A stretch of 64,000 bases of DNA from Magnetococcales bacterium (GTDB lineage Bacteria; Pseudomonadota; Magnetococcia; Magnetococcales; JADFZT01), in assembly GCA_015232395.1 (NCBI GenBank), contig JADFZT010000018.1, positions 4,172-68,171 of the forward strand, read 5' to 3'. Positions 11,062 to 22,638 of the stretch are shown here, one piece after another. How positions within the stretch are numbered: the first letter of the stretch is position 1; every line of letters starts with the position of its first letter. The notes below the pieces were generated by a model that was not told where the DNA came from, ran no database searches, and saw only the letters and a program-made list of their open reading frames with translations. Both the position numbers and the translations under genes were made by a program.

Positions 11062-11460
11062 TCAGAATACGGCGCACAAAAGCTCTCCACCCACTCCAAG
11101 CTTTTTGGCTTCTCGATTGGAGATAACGCCATGGCTTGTGGAGAGGATGGAAATGCCCAGACCATTGTAGATCGATGGAATATCGTTAACCCCCACATAG
11201 ACCCGCATACCGGGGCGTGAGCGGCGTTCAATTTTTTCGATCACCGGTTTGTTCTTGTGGTATTTAAGGGTAATTTGCAAAAAATTGCCACCCTCTTCAC
11301 GCTCTACCACCTTCTGTGCCTCGACGTAGCCTTCATCAACGAGAATCTCGCCAATTCGTGCTTTGATTTTCGAAGCGGGTATTTCCACGACCTCCTTGCG
11401 AACCGCATGAGCATTACGTATGCGGGTCAACATGTCGCTTATCGGATCGGTCATTCCCAT
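11062..11460 (-). CDS. rpsH: 30S ribosomal protein S8
   Basis: 132 aa. [15 protein letters not shown]...GGELLCAVF. Confidence 0.97.
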   Translation of the reverse strand: MGMTDPISDMLTRIRNAHAVRKEVVEIPASKIKARIGEILVDEGYVEAQKVVEREEGGNFLQITLKYHKNKPVIEKIERRSRPGMRVYVGVNDIPSIYNGLGISILSTSHGVISNREAKKLGVGGELLCAVF

Positions 11461-11514
11461 CAGCTACACTCCAAACGGGTACGGTATTTCCTGGATGTTG
11501 AGGTGAATCCAGCC

Positions 11515-11700
11515 CTACCAGGATGCTTTGATAATCCCAGGTACTTCACCGCGTAATGCCAGGTTGCGCAGGCAAATCCGGCAAAGGGAAAATTTTCTCA
11601 GATAACCCCGAGGCCGAGAGCAGCGCTGACAACGATTATAGCTGCGAACGGCAAACTTGGGCTTTCTCTTACATTTGGCAATCAAGGATTTCTTGGCCAT
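11515..11700 (-). CDS. rpsN: 30S ribosomal protein S14, short zinc-ribbon type
   Basis: 61 aa from the ATG at 11698-11700: [61 protein letters not shown], with four Cys as CxxC...CxxC. The ORF-track start at 11718 adds 6 unsupported residues. Confidence 0.94.
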   Translation of the reverse strand: MAKKSLIAKCKRKPKFAVRSYNRCQRCSRPRGYLRKFSLCRICLRNLALRGEVPGIIKASW

Positions 11701-11724
11701 TACCGATCTTCCCCACAAACAGTC

Positions 11725-12264
11725 TTAGTTCTTGAAAGGCATGCTAAAACCTTTGAGCAGGGCACGTGCCTCGTCATCGGTTTTGGCTGACGTCGTAATC
11801 ACGATGTCCATGCCCCGGACTTTATCCACCTTGTCGTAGTCGATTTCCGGAAAGATGATCTGTTCCTTAAGCCCCAGCGCATAATTTCCACGACCATCGA
11901 AGGCTTTTTTGGAAACGCCTCGAAAGTCACGTACACGCGGTAGAGCGGTGTTGATCAGTCGATCCAGAAACTCATACATCCGGTCCCCTCTCAGGGTCAC
12001 ACGACATCCGACGGCTTGGCCTTGACGCAGTTTGAATCCAGCGATGGATTTCCGCGCTCTGGTGATAACGGCCTTCTGCCCGGAGATGGCAATCATATCT
12101 TTGAGTGCCCCCTCCAGCAGATTTTTGTCGACGATAGCCTGTCCCACCCCCATGTTGATGACAATCTTCTCCAGGCGGGGGATCTGCATGATGTTCCGAT
12201 AGCTGAACTTTTCTTTGAGCTCCGGAACAACCTTCTCCTTGTAAAACGCTTTCAACCTTGCCAT
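11725..12264 (-). CDS. rplE: 50S ribosomal protein L5
   Basis: 179 aa. [20 protein letters not shown]...[21 protein letters not shown]. Confidence 0.97.
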   Translation of the reverse strand: MARLKAFYKEKVVPELKEKFSYRNIMQIPRLEKIVINMGVGQAIVDKNLLEGALKDMIAISGQKAVITRARKSIAGFKLRQGQAVGCRVTLRGDRMYEFLDRLINTALPRVRDFRGVSKKAFDGRGNYALGLKEQIIFPEIDYDKVDKVRGMDIVITTSAKTDDEARALLKGFSMPFKN

Positions 12265-12306
12265 CTCAGGGTCCTTTGGTTCGTTTGGCGCTTATTCGGA
12301 CAGGGT

Positions 12307-12636
12307 CTATTTGTCCAGGTCTTCCCCAGAGGCGCGCGCCACCCTGACTTTACGGCCATCCTTTAGGAATTTTTTTCCGATTCGGGTGCCTTTACCACTG
12401 GTCGGATCATGCAGCATGACATTGGAGATGTGGATGGGGGCTTCTTTTTCAACGATTCCCCCTTCCTGCTCCCGCGCCTGTTTGGTATGGCGCTTGATCA
12501 TGTTGACTTTTTCAACCAGCACGGCGTTCTTTTTGGGGAGTATCTGCAAAATCCCCCCGCGCTTACCCTTGTCCTTCCCCGCAATGACGACCACTTGGTC
12601 CCCTTTACGAAGATTGGTATGGAAACTGTTTGACAT
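12307..12636 (-). CDS. rplX: 50S ribosomal protein L24
   Basis: [23 protein letters not shown] motif. ATG at 12634-12636 ([13 protein letters not shown]); the alternative GTG at 12645 abuts the rplN stop. Confidence 0.95.
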   Translation of the reverse strand: MSNSFHTNLRKGDQVVVIAGKDKGKRGGILQILPKKNAVLVEKVNMIKRHTKQAREQEGGIVEKEAPIHISNVMLHDPTSGKGTRIGKKFLKDGRKVRVARASGEDLDK

Positions 12637-12645
12637 TTGCCGCAC

Positions 12646-13014
12646 CTAGAGTACTTCCGGGGCCAAAGAGACGATTTTCATATAATTACGACCACGGAGT
12701 TCCCGGGGAACCGGACCGAAGATACGGGTGCCGATGGGTTCGCCGGCGTTGTTGATCAAAACCGCAGCGTTGCTGTCAAAACGGATGTAACTACCATCCT
12801 CCCGAGTAACTTCTTTTCGGGTTCTCACAACAACAGCTTTGGCGATTTCGCCTTTTTTGACTTTACCTCTGGGGATGGCTGACTTCACCGCAACGGTGAT
12901 GACATCACCCACTCGGGCATAGCGACGCTTGGAGCCACCAAGGACTTTGAGGCACTGAACCTTTTTTGCCCCGGAGTTGTCGGCCGCATCCAGTATGGTT
13001 TGTACCTGAATCAT
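12646..13014 (-). CDS. rplN: 50S ribosomal protein L14
   Basis: 122 aa. [33 protein letters not shown]. The ATG overlaps the rpsQ stop (ATGA). Confidence 0.98.
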   Translation of the reverse strand: MIQVQTILDAADNSGAKKVQCLKVLGGSKRRYARVGDVITVAVKSAIPRGKVKKGEIAKAVVVRTRKEVTREDGSYIRFDSNAAVLINNAGEPIGTRIFGPVPRELRGRNYMKIVSLAPEVL

Positions 13015-13250
13015 GGCCCTTCCTTTTCCAGAACCCGCCAGCGCTTGTCACGACTCAGGGGTTGGCACTCTTCGATCCGTACCACATCCCCAGCTTTAAA
13101 AACGTTTTCTGAGTCGTGAGCTTTGTATTTTTTTGACCTACGCGTGATCTTTCCGTAAAGCGGATGGCGTACCCGCCGCTCTACTTTGACCACGATGGTC
13201 TTGTCCATTTTGTCGCTTACAACGACACCCTGCATTACCCTTTTGGCCAT
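13011..13250 (-). CDS. rpsQ: 30S ribosomal protein S17
   Basis: 79 aa. [28 protein letters not shown]... Confidence 0.97.
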   Translation of the reverse strand: MAKRVMQGVVVSDKMDKTIVVKVERRVRHPLYGKITRRSKKYKAHDSENVFKAGDVVRIEECQPLSRDKRWRVLEKEGP

Positions 13251-13253
13251 TGG

Positions 13254-13460
13254 TCAGCTCTCCTGTTTATCCGCAGTTCGTTCGCCGAGAACTGTCATGA
13301 CCCTGGCCACATTACGGCGTACCTGACGAATCCGGGCAGTGTTGTCCAGCTGAGCCGTAGCATGCTGGAATCGCAGGTTGAATGATTCTTGATGAAGCTC
13401 CTTGAGCTTATCCTGCAAGGCTGCCTCAGAAAGGGTTCTCAATTCACTGCTATTCATCAT
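13254..13460 (-). CDS. rpmC: 50S ribosomal protein L29
   Basis: 68 aa. ELRTLSEAALQDKLKELHQESFNLRFQHATAQLDNTARIRQVRRNVARV. Confidence 0.95.
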   Translation of the reverse strand: MMNSSELRTLSEAALQDKLKELHQESFNLRFQHATAQLDNTARIRQVRRNVARVMTVLGERTADKQES

Positions 13461-13468
13461 CTGACCTC

Positions 13469-13876
13469 TTAACGCTCAACGAATCGGGTCGCGACGGGCA
13501 GCTTGGCACCAGCCAGACGCATAGCATCTATTGCCAGCTCTCTGGGAACCCCTTCCATCTCGAAAAGAATCCGACCGGGTTTGACCCTGGCGATCCAGAA
13601 TTCCGGATTACCTTTACCTTTACCCTGACGCACCTCAGCGGGTTTGCTGGTAACAGGCACATCTGGAAATACGCGGATCCAAACTCGACCACCACGTTTG
13701 ATGTGTCTGGTCATGGCCCGACGAGCAGCTTCAAGTTGCCTGGCGGAAAGTCGACCCGCCTTCATGGCCTTGAGCCCGAAGTTGCCGAAATTGAGTTCAG
13801 CGCCGCGCGTTGCCAGACCGTGAACACGGCCTTTGTGCGCCTTTCTGAACTTGGTTTTTTTGGGTTGCAGCAGCAT
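13469..13876 (-). CDS. rplP: 50S ribosomal protein L16
   Basis: 135 aa. [22 protein letters not shown]... Confidence 0.98.
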   Translation of the reverse strand: MLLQPKKTKFRKAHKGRVHGLATRGAELNFGNFGLKAMKAGRLSARQLEAARRAMTRHIKRGGRVWIRVFPDVPVTSKPAEVRQGKGKGNPEFWIARVKPGRILFEMEGVPRELAIDAMRLAGAKLPVATRFVER

Positions 13877-13896
13877 TGCTAGAAACCTTAGGAGCT

Positions 13897-14535
13897 TCAG
13901 GTGTTGTCTTTATCGATGATTTCGCCTTTGAAGACCCAGACCTTAACCCCGATGATTCCGTAGGTGGTCATGGCCGCAGCAAAACCATATTCAATGTCGG
14001 CACGCAGCGTATGCAGCGGAACACGACCTTCCCGGTACCATTCACGGCGGGCAATTTCCCCACCGCCCAGGCGTCCAGAGCAGTTGATTCGTATTCCCTG
14101 GGCACCCAGTCGCATGGCCGAAGTAACCGCTCTTTTCATGGCCCGTCTGAAAGCCACCCGTCGGTTCAACTGCTGGGCGACATTTTCGGCGATGAGCTGG
14201 GCTTCCGCTTCGGGTTTACGAACCTCGACGATATTGATCTGTACGTCGGTACTCGCAACCTTCTGGAGGTCCTGCTTCAACTTTTCAATATCGGCGCCCT
14301 TCTTGCCAATGATGATACCAGGCCTGGCCGAATGAATGTTGATGCGGGCTTTTTTGGCTGGCCTTTCAATCACCACCTTGGAGACGCTGGCGTGAGACAG
14401 GCGATTTTTCAGCCATTCCCGCAGCCGGACATCTTCAAGGAGCAAGGAGGCGTACGCTTTGTCTGCATACCACCTTGTATCCCAGGTTTTGGTGTTACCT
14501 AGCCGAAATCCCGTTGGATGAACCTTTTGCCCCAT
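13897..14535 (-). CDS. rpsC: 30S ribosomal protein S3
   Basis: 212 aa. [24 protein letters not shown]..., KH domain and C-terminal domain. Confidence 0.98.
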   Translation of the reverse strand: MGQKVHPTGFRLGNTKTWDTRWYADKAYASLLLEDVRLREWLKNRLSHASVSKVVIERPAKKARINIHSARPGIIIGKKGADIEKLKQDLQKVASTDVQINIVEVRKPEAEAQLIAENVAQQLNRRVAFRRAMKRAVTSAMRLGAQGIRINCSGRLGGGEIARREWYREGRVPLHTLRADIEYGFAAAMTTYGIIGVKVWVFKGEIIDKDNT

Positions 14536-14604
14536 GAAATCGAACTCGCTTCTATAAGTATGAACTCTTCCCCGTCGCCTCTTGCGGCGGGAAGCGCCGG
14601 TACC

Positions 14605-14949
14605 CTACTCCTCCTGGGACCGAACCGCCAGGGTGATGTGAGACATCCGCTTTAAAATTCGGCTTGCCCGGCCTCTTGCTCTGGGCATAAACCGCTTGGC
14701 GGTAATCCCTTCATCAACGAAGGCTTTCGATACGATCAGGGTATCCACATCCAAGCCTAGATTGTTCTCGGCATTGGCGATGGCGGACTTTAACGTTTCC
14801 TGTACCTGTCGCGCCACCTTTTTTCTGGAAAATTCCAGGGTCTGCAGAGCTTTCTCCACATTCATGCCACGAATTTGGTTGATAACCAATCGAGCTTTCT
14901 GGGGAGATACCCTGACATTCATTACTTTTGCGACTGCTTCGCTTGACAT
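14605..14949 (-). CDS. rplV: 50S ribosomal protein L22
   Basis: 114 aa. [33 protein letters not shown]. Confidence 0.97.
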   Translation of the reverse strand: MSSEAVAKVMNVRVSPQKARLVINQIRGMNVEKALQTLEFSRKKVARQVQETLKSAIANAENNLGLDVDTLIVSKAFVDEGITAKRFMPRARGRASRILKRMSHITLAVRSQEE

Positions 14950-14999
14950 CGATGTTCCCCAAAATTAACGGCGAGCCGTTTCAAAAGTCGATCCAAATC

Positions 15000-15278
15000 C
15001 TAACGGCGTACCGCTTTTTTGCCGCCAGCATGACCATGGTGGATCCGGGTAGGTGCAAATTCCCCCAGTTTGTGACCGACCATGTTTTCCGTCACCAGGA
15101 CCGGAATAAACTTCCTGCCGTTGTGAACACCGAAGGTGTAGCCGACAAACTCCGGAATGATCGTTGAGCGCCTGGACCAGGTCTTGATCAGCTCTTTACG
15201 GCTATCGGACTGCAGCTTTTCTACCTTCTGAAGAAGGTATTCGTCGTAGAATGGACCTTTTTTGATGGACCGTGCCAC
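15000..15278 (-). CDS. rpsS: 30S ribosomal protein S19 (GTG start)
   Basis: 92 aa. (M)[18 protein letters not shown]...[11 protein letters not shown]. The first codon reads GTG (cac at 15276-15278). Confidence 0.97.
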   Translation of the reverse strand: MARSIKKGPFYDEYLLQKVEKLQSDSRKELIKTWSRRSTIIPEFVGYTFGVHNGRKFIPVLVTENMVGHKLGEFAPTRIHHGHAGGKKAVRR

Positions 15279-15315
15279 TTAACTCACCCTTTTCCTGCGG
15301 TTGTTGGCTGATGGA

Positions 15316-16146
15316 TCAGCGACGACGCATGATCAAGCGATCCGACGTCTTATTCTTCTTGCGTGTCTTCTTACCCTTGGTGGGAACGCCCCAAGGTGTG
15401 ACGGGATGCCGTCCACCTGAAGCCTTACCTTCACCACCACCGTGGGGATGATCCACCGGGTTCATGGCAACGCCGCGTACCGAAGGCCGACGACCACGCC
15501 AACGTGCCCGTCCAGCCTTGCCTTCTTTGGTATTGCCATGATCGGGGTTGGAAACCAGCCCTACGGTGGCCATGCAGTCAAGCAGGACCATTCGCATTTC
15601 ACCAGAGGGCATCTTCAGCTGGGCATATTTACCTTCTTTACCCATCAGCTGTACATAGCTTCCTGCGGATCGAGCCAGTTGCCCACCCTTTCCGGGTCTC
15701 AATTCAATATTGTGCGCGACCGTACCCATAGGCATGATGCGCAGAGGCATGGCGTTGCCGGGTTTGACATCTACCCCCCCAGCAGTCCGACCTGCAAACA
15801 CCTGATCCCCTACCTGTAACCGTTGGGGAGCCAGAATGTACCTCTTTTCACCGTCCGCGTAAACCAACAAGGCGATAAAAGCAGTACGATTGGGATCATA
15901 CTCGATTCGGGAGACCCGTGCCGTGATATCCACCTTGTTGCGGTGGAAGTCAATGATCCGATAACGCCGCTTGTGACCACCACCAATGTGACGGGAAGTC
16001 ATGCGTCCTTTGTTGTTGCGTCCTCCGGTTTTATGCAGTGGGGCAAGCAGGGTGCTCTCTGGCTCCCCCTTGTGAAGGGCTGCATAATCCACCGACACCT
16101 GAGTACGTTTGCCGTTGGAGGTCGGTTTGTAAGTTTTTAACGCCAT
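15316..16146 (-). CDS. rplB: 50S ribosomal protein L2
   Basis: 276 aa. [21 protein letters not shown]...[16 protein letters not shown]. Confidence 0.98.
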   Translation of the reverse strand: MALKTYKPTSNGKRTQVSVDYAALHKGEPESTLLAPLHKTGGRNNKGRMTSRHIGGGHKRRYRIIDFHRNKVDITARVSRIEYDPNRTAFIALLVYADGEKRYILAPQRLQVGDQVFAGRTAGGVDVKPGNAMPLRIMPMGTVAHNIELRPGKGGQLARSAGSYVQLMGKEGKYAQLKMPSGEMRMVLLDCMATVGLVSNPDHGNTKEGKAGRARWRGRRPSVRGVAMNPVDHPHGGGEGKASGGRHPVTPWGVPTKGKKTRKKNKTSDRLIMRRR

Positions 16147-16186
16147 GGATCAACTCCACATTCAGCCGTTTGCCAAAATCCGCTCA

Positions 16187-16486
16187 TCAGGCGTTGGCAT
16201 GAAAATCGATGGATTGGCCTTCCTGAAGACGGACCACGGCCTTTTTCCAATCATTGCGCCGCCCCATCAGACGTCCAAACCTTTTGTTCTTGCCTTTGAC
16301 GTTGACGGTCTGAATAGAGACCACGTTGACGTCGAAAAATTTTTCTATTGCTGCCTTGATCTGTGGCTTATTAGCCCAGGTGGCCACTTCAAAAACGACC
16401 TGATTGCCCTTTTCCAGACAGAGAGTCGCTTTTTCAGTTACCCTGGGGGCGCGAAGTACCTTGAAAAGAGTTGTTTGGTCACTCAT
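16187..16486 (-). CDS. rplW: 50S ribosomal protein L23
   Basis: 99 aa. VLRAPRVTEKATLCLEKGNQVVFEVATWANKPQIKAAIEKFF. The ATG overlaps the rplD stop (ATGA). Confidence 0.96.
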   Translation of the reverse strand: MSDQTTLFKVLRAPRVTEKATLCLEKGNQVVFEVATWANKPQIKAAIEKFFDVNVVSIQTVNVKGKNKRFGRLMGRRNDWKKAVVRLQEGQSIDFHANA

Positions 16487-17103
16487 GACAGCCTCCCTTC
16501 AAGTTTTTGCAACGCGGCCTCAGTGAGAACCAATTTTTCGTGCTTGAGAAGGTCATAGGTGTTGACCCCCTCTTCTCGAAGAACAGTGACGCCTGGCAGG
16601 TTACGGGCAGAAAGCTGGACGTTTCGATCTTCTTCGGCAATCACCACCAGAGCGGAGCCATTGACTCCCAGGCTGGCAAGAATTCCCTTCATGGCCTTGG
16701 TCTTGATATCGGTCAGACCGAAGTCCTCAATCAGCACCATCTCCTCAGCCGCCCGTTTGGCGGAAAGTGCGGTCAAGAGAGCCAGTCGTCTTAGTTTTTT
16801 GGTCAGCTTGAAACCAAAATCACGGGGCTGGGGCCCAAAGACCACTCCACCAGTACGATACTGAGGTGCACTTACGGTTCCCTGACGGGCGTTACCAGTC
16901 CCTTTTTGGCGATAGGGCTTCTTGCCGCCACCGCGAATTTCTGAACGGCCCTTGGATGAGGCGGTACCCGAGCGCCGTTTGGCCAACTGGTAGTTGACCA
17001 TGGCTGCAAGAATATCGCCTCGAACCCGTCGGCCAAAGACCGACTCGCTCAGCTGGACGGTCCTGAGCTCCTGGTTACTGGCATCTTTTAACGAAAGTTC
17101 CAT
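16483..17103 (-). CDS. rplD: 50S ribosomal protein L4
   Basis: 206 aa. GGGKKPYRQKGTGNARQGTVSAPQYRTGGVVFGPQPRDF. Confidence 0.97.
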   Translation of the reverse strand: MELSLKDASNQELRTVQLSESVFGRRVRGDILAAMVNYQLAKRRSGTASSKGRSEIRGGGKKPYRQKGTGNARQGTVSAPQYRTGGVVFGPQPRDFGFKLTKKLRRLALLTALSAKRAAEEMVLIEDFGLTDIKTKAMKGILASLGVNGSALVVIAEEDRNVQLSARNLPGVTVLREEGVNTYDLLKHEKLVLTEAALQKLEGRLS

Positions 17104-17122
17104 CTTTTCTTAGCCTTAAATA

Positions 17123-17764
17123 TTAGGAGCCGCCTTTTTTGATGGCGTTCCGAATCAAAACCAGGCTGCCCTTGGATCCAGGGATTCCACCCTTCACCAT
17201 CAACAGGTTTTTCTCTACATCCACACCGGCAATTTGCAGATTTTGCACGGTTACCGTGATGTCTCCCATGTGGCCAGCCATCTTTTTATTCTTGAATACC
17301 CGGCCTGGATATTGGCATTGACCGATGGATCCAGGAGCCCGATGGGTTTTGTGCGCGCCGTGGGAGGCACGTCCGCCTTTGAAGCCCCAGCGTTTGACCA
17401 CACCGGCGAAACCTTTTCCGATGGAGCGACCGGTTACGTCTACAAATCGGTCTACCTCAAAGCGATCCACTTTGAGAAGATCGCCAATTTGGTACTGCTC
17501 CGGGTCGTCCACCCGAAATTCCCTGAGGAATTGCGTCGGCGCCACTTTGGCATTGGCAAATTGTCCCTTGACCGGCTTGCTGATCCGGGAAGGCTTTTGC
17601 TCAAGGAAACCAAGCTGAACTGCATCATAACCATCCCGATCAAGGGTTTTTTTGGCTACGACCGGACAGGGGCCGACCTGTAGAACTGTCACAGGTAGAC
17701 GACGTCCATCTTCAGCAAACATTTGTGTCATGCCGATTTTTCGGCCAATCAGTCCAGCAGCCAT
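17123..17764 (-). CDS. rplC: 50S ribosomal protein L3
   Basis: 213 aa. GLIGRKIGMTQMF...GKGFAGVVKRWGFKGGRASHGAHKTHRAPGSIG. Confidence 0.98.
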   Translation of the reverse strand: MAAGLIGRKIGMTQMFAEDGRRLPVTVLQVGPCPVVAKKTLDRDGYDAVQLGFLEQKPSRISKPVKGQFANAKVAPTQFLREFRVDDPEQYQIGDLLKVDRFEVDRFVDVTGRSIGKGFAGVVKRWGFKGGRASHGAHKTHRAPGSIGQCQYPGRVFKNKKMAGHMGDITVTVQNLQIAGVDVEKNLLMVKGGIPGSKGSLVLIRNAIKKGGS

Positions 17765-17790
17765 AATGCCGGAACCCTTTCTGTCAAAGA

Positions 17791-18099
17791 CTAAAGCTTG
17801 ATCTCAACATTCACCCCGGCAGCCAAGTCCAACTTCATCAAGGCATCTACCGTTTGTGGGGTAGGGTTGAGGATATCAATCAGTCGCTTATGGGTGCGCA
17901 TTTCGAACTGCTCCCGGGACTTTTTGTCCACGTGGGGCGAGCGCAACACCGTGTATCGGCTGATCTGGGTGGGCAGCGGTATCGGCCCACGGATATTGGC
18001 ACCTGTCCGCCGGGCGGTCTGTACGATCTCACCCGTTGACTGGTCGAGTATCCGATGATCGTACGCTTTCAACCGAATACGTATTTTTTCGTTGTTCAT
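17791..18099 (-). CDS. rpsJ: 30S ribosomal protein S10
   Basis: 102 aa. [29 protein letters not shown]...GPIPLPT. Confidence 0.98.
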   Translation of the reverse strand: MNNEKIRIRLKAYDHRILDQSTGEIVQTARRTGANIRGPIPLPTQISRYTVLRSPHVDKKSREQFEMRTHKRLIDILNPTPQTVDALMKLDLAAGVNVEIKL

Positions 18100-18217
18100 C
18101 CCTTATCACCCAATCCTGTTTCAGCCTCATTTCTTCACGGGGTCATGCTGGATGGTTTTTTTCCGCGAAGCCTCCGGCACATGCCGGACCATCACACCGC
18201 CATCCCCCCGATTCGTA

Positions 18218-19408
18218 TTACTCGACAACCTTCGATACCACTCCAGCGCCCACCGTACGGCCACCTTCGCGGATCGCAAATCGCAGCCCCTGCTCCATGG
18301 CGATCGGGGCAATCAGCTCCACCACCATGGATACGTTATCGCCGGGCATCACCATCTCAACCCCTTCAGGCAGATGCAAAATACCCGTGACGTCCGTGGT
18401 GCGAAAATAAAACTGAGGCCGGTAGTTGCTGAAGAAAGGTGTATGACGCCCACCCTCCTCCTTGGTCAACACATAGCATTCCGCTTCAAACTTGGTGTGG
18501 GGCTTGATCGAGCCGGGCTTGGCCAAAACCTGACCACGCTCCACATCCTCGCGCTTCACACCGCGCAGCAGGGCACCGATGTTGTCACCAGCTCGGCCCT
18601 CGTCCAAAAGCTTGCGGAACATCTCCACACCCGTACAGGTGGTGGTCGTGGTCGCCTTCATGCCGACAATCTCGATGGACTCACCCACCTTGACGATGCC
18701 CCGCTCCACCCTTCCCGTCACCACCGTACCACGACCGGAAATCGTGAAAACATCTTCAATGGGCATCAGAAAGGGGCCATCCAGGGGACGGTCCGGCTCA
18801 GGAATATATTCGTCCACCGCAGCCATCAGCCGGGTGATCGAATCCTCAGCCATCTCCCCGCCCTTGCCTTCCAGGGCATGGAGAGCAGATCCAATGATCA
18901 CCGGAATGTCGTCGCCGGGAAAGTCGTACTGGCTCAAAAGCTCACGCACTTCCAGCTCAACCAGCTCCAGAAGCTCGGGATCGTCAACCTGATCGGCCTT
19001 GTTCATATAGACCACCAGAGCAGGCACACCCACCTGGCGGGCCAACAAAATGTGCTCCCGGGTCTGGGGCATCGGGCCGTCCGCTGCAGACACAACCAGA
19101 ATTCCGCCATCCATCTGGGCCGCACCCGTGATCATGTTCTTGATATAGTCCGCATGCCCCGGGCAGTCCACATGGGCATAGTGGCGGGAGTCGGTCTCAT
19201 ATTCAACATGGGCCGTCGCAATCGTGATACCGCGCTCACGCTCTTCAGGGGCTGCGTCGATCTGGTCGTAGGCCATAAACTCGGCCCCGCCCTTCGCCGC
19301 CAGTGTCTTGGTAATCGCCGCCGTCAGCGTCGTTTTGCCGTGGTCAACATGGCCAATCGTCCCAATGTTGACATGGGGTTTGGTGCGTTCAAATTTCGCC
19401 TTGGACAT
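18218..19408 (-). CDS. tuf: Elongation factor Tu, copy 1 (str-operon copy)
   Basis: 396 aa. [28 protein letters not shown]...DCPGHADY...NKAD. Differs from copy 2 only at residue 394 (V vs L). Confidence 0.99.
   Translation of the reverse strand: MSKAKFERTKPHVNIGTIGHVDHGKTTLTAAITKTLAAKGGAEFMAYDQIDAAPEERERGITIATAHVEYETDSRHYAHVDCPGHADYIKNMITGAAQMDGGILVVSAADGPMPQTREHILLARQVGVPALVVYMNKADQVDDPELLELVELEVRELLSQYDFPGDDIPVIIGSALHALEGKGGEMAEDSITRLMAAVDEYIPEPDRPLDGPFLMPIEDVFTISGRGTVVTGRVERGIVKVGESIEIVGMKATTTTTCTGVEMFRKLLDEGRAGDNIGALLRGVKREDVERGQVLAKPGSIKPHTKFEAECYVLTKEEGGRHTPFFSNYRPQFYFRTTDVTGILHLPEGVEMVMPGDNVSMVVELIAPIAMEQGLRFAIREGGRTVGAGVVSKVVE
18249..19408. repeat. About 1.16-kb repeat (tuf copy 1), apparently identical to 34762-35921
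   Basis: Offset 16513 nt. Spot-checked blocks are identical, and overlapping ORFs in other frames (18579..18992 vs 35092..35505, and the long antisense ORFs) translate identically, which requires nucleotide identity. Identity stops at the start codon and about 31 nt before the stop. Confidence 0.9.
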
Positions 19409-19421
19409 CTTTCTATTCCCC

Positions 19422-21506
19422 TCAACCTTTTACTGTCGCCACAATCTCATCAGCGATACTGGTTGGCACTTCCGCATAGTGGTCAAATTGCATGGTGAAG
19501 GTACCTCGCCCCTGGGTCTGAGAGCGTAGATCCGTCGCATATCCAAACATGCTGGCCAGCGGTACCATTGCTTTGACGAGTTGCACCTGATTGCCGGAGG
19601 CGGATTCCATCCCCTGAATCTGACCTCGACGGGAGTTCAGGTTGCCGATGATATCCCCCATATACTCTTCCGGCATTTCCACTTCAACGGCCATAATCGG
19701 CTCAAGCAAAACAGGTCTTGCCTTGGCACACCCTTCCTTGGTAGCCATGGAACCGGCAATCTTGAAGGCCATTTCAGAGGAATCCACCTCATGATATGAG
19801 CCGTCGTAGAGAGTGACCGTCAAGTCCACCATGGGATAGCCCGCTTTGACACCACTGGTCAGGGCTTCTTCTACCCCCTTGCCTACAGCCGGAATATACT
19901 CCCTGGGAACCACACCGCCCTTGATCTGATCGATAAACTCAAACCCTGAGCCGGGCTCACCTGGTGTAATGCGCAACCAGACGTGTCCAAACTGACCCCG
20001 TCCACCGGTTTGACGGATGAAACGATGTTCTATCTCCGTCTCTCTGGTAATGGTCTCCCGGTAGGCCACCTGAGGCTTACCGATGTTGGCGTCCACTTTA
20101 AATTCCCGGAGCATCCGATCCACCAAAATTTCAAGGTGGAGTTCGCCCATTCCGGAAATGATGGTCTGATTGGTTTCCTGGTCCACCGCCACTTTGAAAG
20201 AGGGATCCTCCTGGGCCAGACGACCGAGGGCTACACCCATTTTTTCTTGATCAGCCTTGGTCTTTGGCTCAATGGCGATCGAGATCACTGGATCGGGGAA
20301 AACCATACGCTCCAGAATGATCGGGTTCTTTATGTCACACAGGGTGTCGCCGGTAGTGGTGTATTTCAGTCCAACTGCAGCTGCGATGTCCCCGGCACGA
20401 ACCTCTTTGACATCTTCTCGTTTGTTGGCGTGCATCAGCATAAGGCGACCGATGCGTTCTTTCTTCTGTTTGACCGCGTTGAAGATGTACCCACCCGTCT
20501 CAAGCACTCCAGAGTAGACCCGGAAGAAGGTCAGGGTTCCCACGAAGGGGTCGGTCATGATCTTGAAGGCCAAAGCAGCCAGAGGTTCCGAGTCTGCGGT
20601 TTCCCGAGTGCGGACTTCCTGGCTGTCGGGATCCTCCCCTTCTATGGCCGGTGTGTCAAGTGGCGAAGGAAAGTATTCGACAACAGAGTCGAGAAGAGGC
20701 TGGATCCCTTTGTTTTTAAAGGCTGAGCCGCACATCACAGGAACGAAGGCGCTATTGATCACGCCAAGACGAATACAGCTGTGCAGTTCCTCTTCGGAGA
20801 TTTCTTCCCCATCGAGGTATTTTTCCATCAATTCGTCATTCTGCTCCAAGGCGGTCTCTAGCAGGGTGTTACGTGCTTCTTCCACCTCATCGACCATATC
20901 CTCAGGGGGATCCGTGATATCAAATTTGGCCCCCATGGATTCGTCGTCAAAAAGCCACGCCTTACGGGTGACCAGGTCCACCATACCGCGATATTTGTCT
21001 TCTTTGCCAACCGGTAACTGGAGCGGAATCGCAGAAGCTCCCAACCGGTCTTTGATCATGGAGACCACCCGGTAGAAGTCAGCTCCCATGCGGTCCATCT
21101 TGTTGACAAAGGCAATTCGTGGCACACCGTAGCGATCGGCTTGACGCCAGACCGTTTCCGATTGAGGCTGCACACCGCCGACAGCACAGAACACCGCGAC
21201 CGATCCATCCAAAACCCTCAGGGAGCGTTCCACCTCAATGGTGAAGTCCACATGCCCGGGAGTATCGATGATGTTGATCCGGTGGTTGTTCCAAAAACAG
21301 GTGGTAGCTGCAGAAGTGATGGTAATTCCGCGCTCCTGTTCTTGGGCCATCCAGTCCATGGTGGCGGCCCCATCATGGACCTCACCGATTTTATGGGACC
21401 TGCCGGTATAGAAGAGAACTCGCTCCGTAACCGTGGTCTTGCCCGCGTCGATATGGGCCATGATGCCAATATTGCGCACCTGGGCCAGTGGTATTTCCCT
21501 TGCCAC
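19422..21506 (-). CDS. fusA: Elongation factor G (GTG start)
   Basis: 694 aa. [26 protein letters not shown]...DTPGHVDF. The first codon reads GTG (cac at 21504-21506). Confidence 0.98.
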   Translation of the reverse strand: MAREIPLAQVRNIGIMAHIDAGKTTVTERVLFYTGRSHKIGEVHDGAATMDWMAQEQERGITITSAATTCFWNNHRINIIDTPGHVDFTIEVERSLRVLDGSVAVFCAVGGVQPQSETVWRQADRYGVPRIAFVNKMDRMGADFYRVVSMIKDRLGASAIPLQLPVGKEDKYRGMVDLVTRKAWLFDDESMGAKFDITDPPEDMVDEVEEARNTLLETALEQNDELMEKYLDGEEISEEELHSCIRLGVINSAFVPVMCGSAFKNKGIQPLLDSVVEYFPSPLDTPAIEGEDPDSQEVRTRETADSEPLAALAFKIMTDPFVGTLTFFRVYSGVLETGGYIFNAVKQKKERIGRLMLMHANKREDVKEVRAGDIAAAVGLKYTTTGDTLCDIKNPIILERMVFPDPVISIAIEPKTKADQEKMGVALGRLAQEDPSFKVAVDQETNQTIISGMGELHLEILVDRMLREFKVDANIGKPQVAYRETITRETEIEHRFIRQTGGRGQFGHVWLRITPGEPGSGFEFIDQIKGGVVPREYIPAVGKGVEEALTSGVKAGYPMVDLTVTLYDGSYHEVDSSEMAFKIAGSMATKEGCAKARPVLLEPIMAVEVEMPEEYMGDIIGNLNSRRGQIQGMESASGNQVQLVKAMVPLASMFGYATDLRSQTQGRGTFTMQFDHYAEVPTSIADEIVATVKG

Positions 21507-21564
21507 TTACTTCCCCTGTCAAAGATCGTCTGCTTGTTCTGAAATGCCTGCGAAACTTTCCGCC

Positions 21565-22035
21565 TTACCAACGATAATGGGCGAAGACCTTGTTGGCCTC
21601 GGCCATACGGTGGGTATCATCCCGTTTTTTGACGGTGTTACCCCGACGGGCGGCGGCATCCATCAGCTCACCCGCCAATCGCTCCCGCATGGTTTTTTCA
21701 GGCCGTGCCCGGGCAAACCCAACCAGCCAGCGTATGGCCAGTGTTTGGCGTCGACTGGGTCGAACATCAACAGGAACCTGGTAGGTTGCACCACCCACCC
21801 GCCTGGAGCGCACTTCAACCGCTGGCCGGACGTTGTCGACTGCGTCGCGAAACACCTGGAGAGGATCGTTCTTGGTTTTTTCCTCGATCAGATCCAAAGC
21901 GCCGTAGAAGATTCTTTCGGCAAGAGCTTTTTTGCCGTCCTGCATGATGCAGTTCATAAATTTGGTGACCAGCTTGTCTCCATAGGTGGGGTCTGGGTTG
22001 ACCTCACGTTTGGCAACTTCACGACGCCTGGACAT
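21565..22035 (-). CDS. rpsG: 30S ribosomal protein S7
   Basis: 156 aa. [31 protein letters not shown]...[10 protein letters not shown]. Confidence 0.98.
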   Translation of the reverse strand: MSRRREVAKREVNPDPTYGDKLVTKFMNCIMQDGKKALAERIFYGALDLIEEKTKNDPLQVFRDAVDNVRPAVEVRSRRVGGATYQVPVDVRPSRRQTLAIRWLVGFARARPEKTMRERLAGELMDAAARRGNTVKKRDDTHRMAEANKVFAHYRW

Positions 22036-22111
22036 AAAACCGACTCCTTACACTTCGCCATCTAAAAGCCAACCCGCCGGATTCGAGGGTTGGGTACGCT
22101 TGAGATTAAGA

Positions 22112-22483
22112 CTACCTGGGACGCTTTGCACCGTATTTGGAACGCCCTTGCTTACGGTCCTTGACTCCCTGGGTATCCAGGGTGCCCCGGATGATGTGGT
22201 AGCGAACACCAGGAAGATCCTTCACACGACCACCGCGAATCAAAACAACGGCATGCTCCTGGAGGTTGTGGCTCTCTCCGGGAATGTAGACCGTTACTTC
22301 GTGGCCGTTGGTTAGACGAACGCGAGCAACCTTGCGAAGGGCCGAGTTCGGCTTCTTCGGAGTAGTCGTATAGACCCGGGTACAAACCCCGCGCTTCTGG
22401 GGACAACTTTCCATCGCCGGAACGTTGGTCTTTTTTACCTGGGCTTTCCGCCCGAGGCGGACCAACTGGTTAACGGTCGGCAT
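22112..22483 (-). CDS. rpsL: 30S ribosomal protein S12
   Basis: 123 aa from the ATG at 22481-22483: [13 protein letters not shown]...[19 protein letters not shown]. The ORF-track N-terminal extension (to 22549) has no S12 counterpart. Confidence 0.97.
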   Translation of the reverse strand: MPTVNQLVRLGRKAQVKKTNVPAMESCPQKRGVCTRVYTTTPKKPNSALRKVARVRLTNGHEVTVYIPGESHNLQEHAVVLIRGGRVKDLPGVRYHIIRGTLDTQGVKDRKQGRSKYGAKRPR

Positions 22484-22638
22484 GTTTTCTCTCCAAACCT
22501 TGCACTCGTAAATCCCCGAATCGGGTAAACACGCTATTGTAGGCCTCAATTCGGGAATGTCAATTTTCTTTCTTCAGAACTTGGAACAATTCTCCGAAAA
22601 AGACATTTTTCCTCGGAAAATCAATCAAAAGGACCCGG

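Noticed and set aside
18092-19498. 468-aa plus-strand ORF (and its twin 34650..35987, 445 aa) antisense to tuf
   Set aside because: Both lie exactly opposite the unmistakable EF-Tu genes. Their translations are His/Arg/Gly/Leu-rich low-complexity strings typical of antisense frames of GC-biased, codon-optimised genes, and their duplication simply mirrors the tuf repeat.
22484-22549. N-terminal extensions suggested by the ORF track for rpsL (also prs to 51405, sodB from 38364, ubiU to 45342, rpsN to 11718)
   Set aside because: The conserved N-termini start at internal ATG codons with better SD spacing. The extensions have no counterpart in the respective families.
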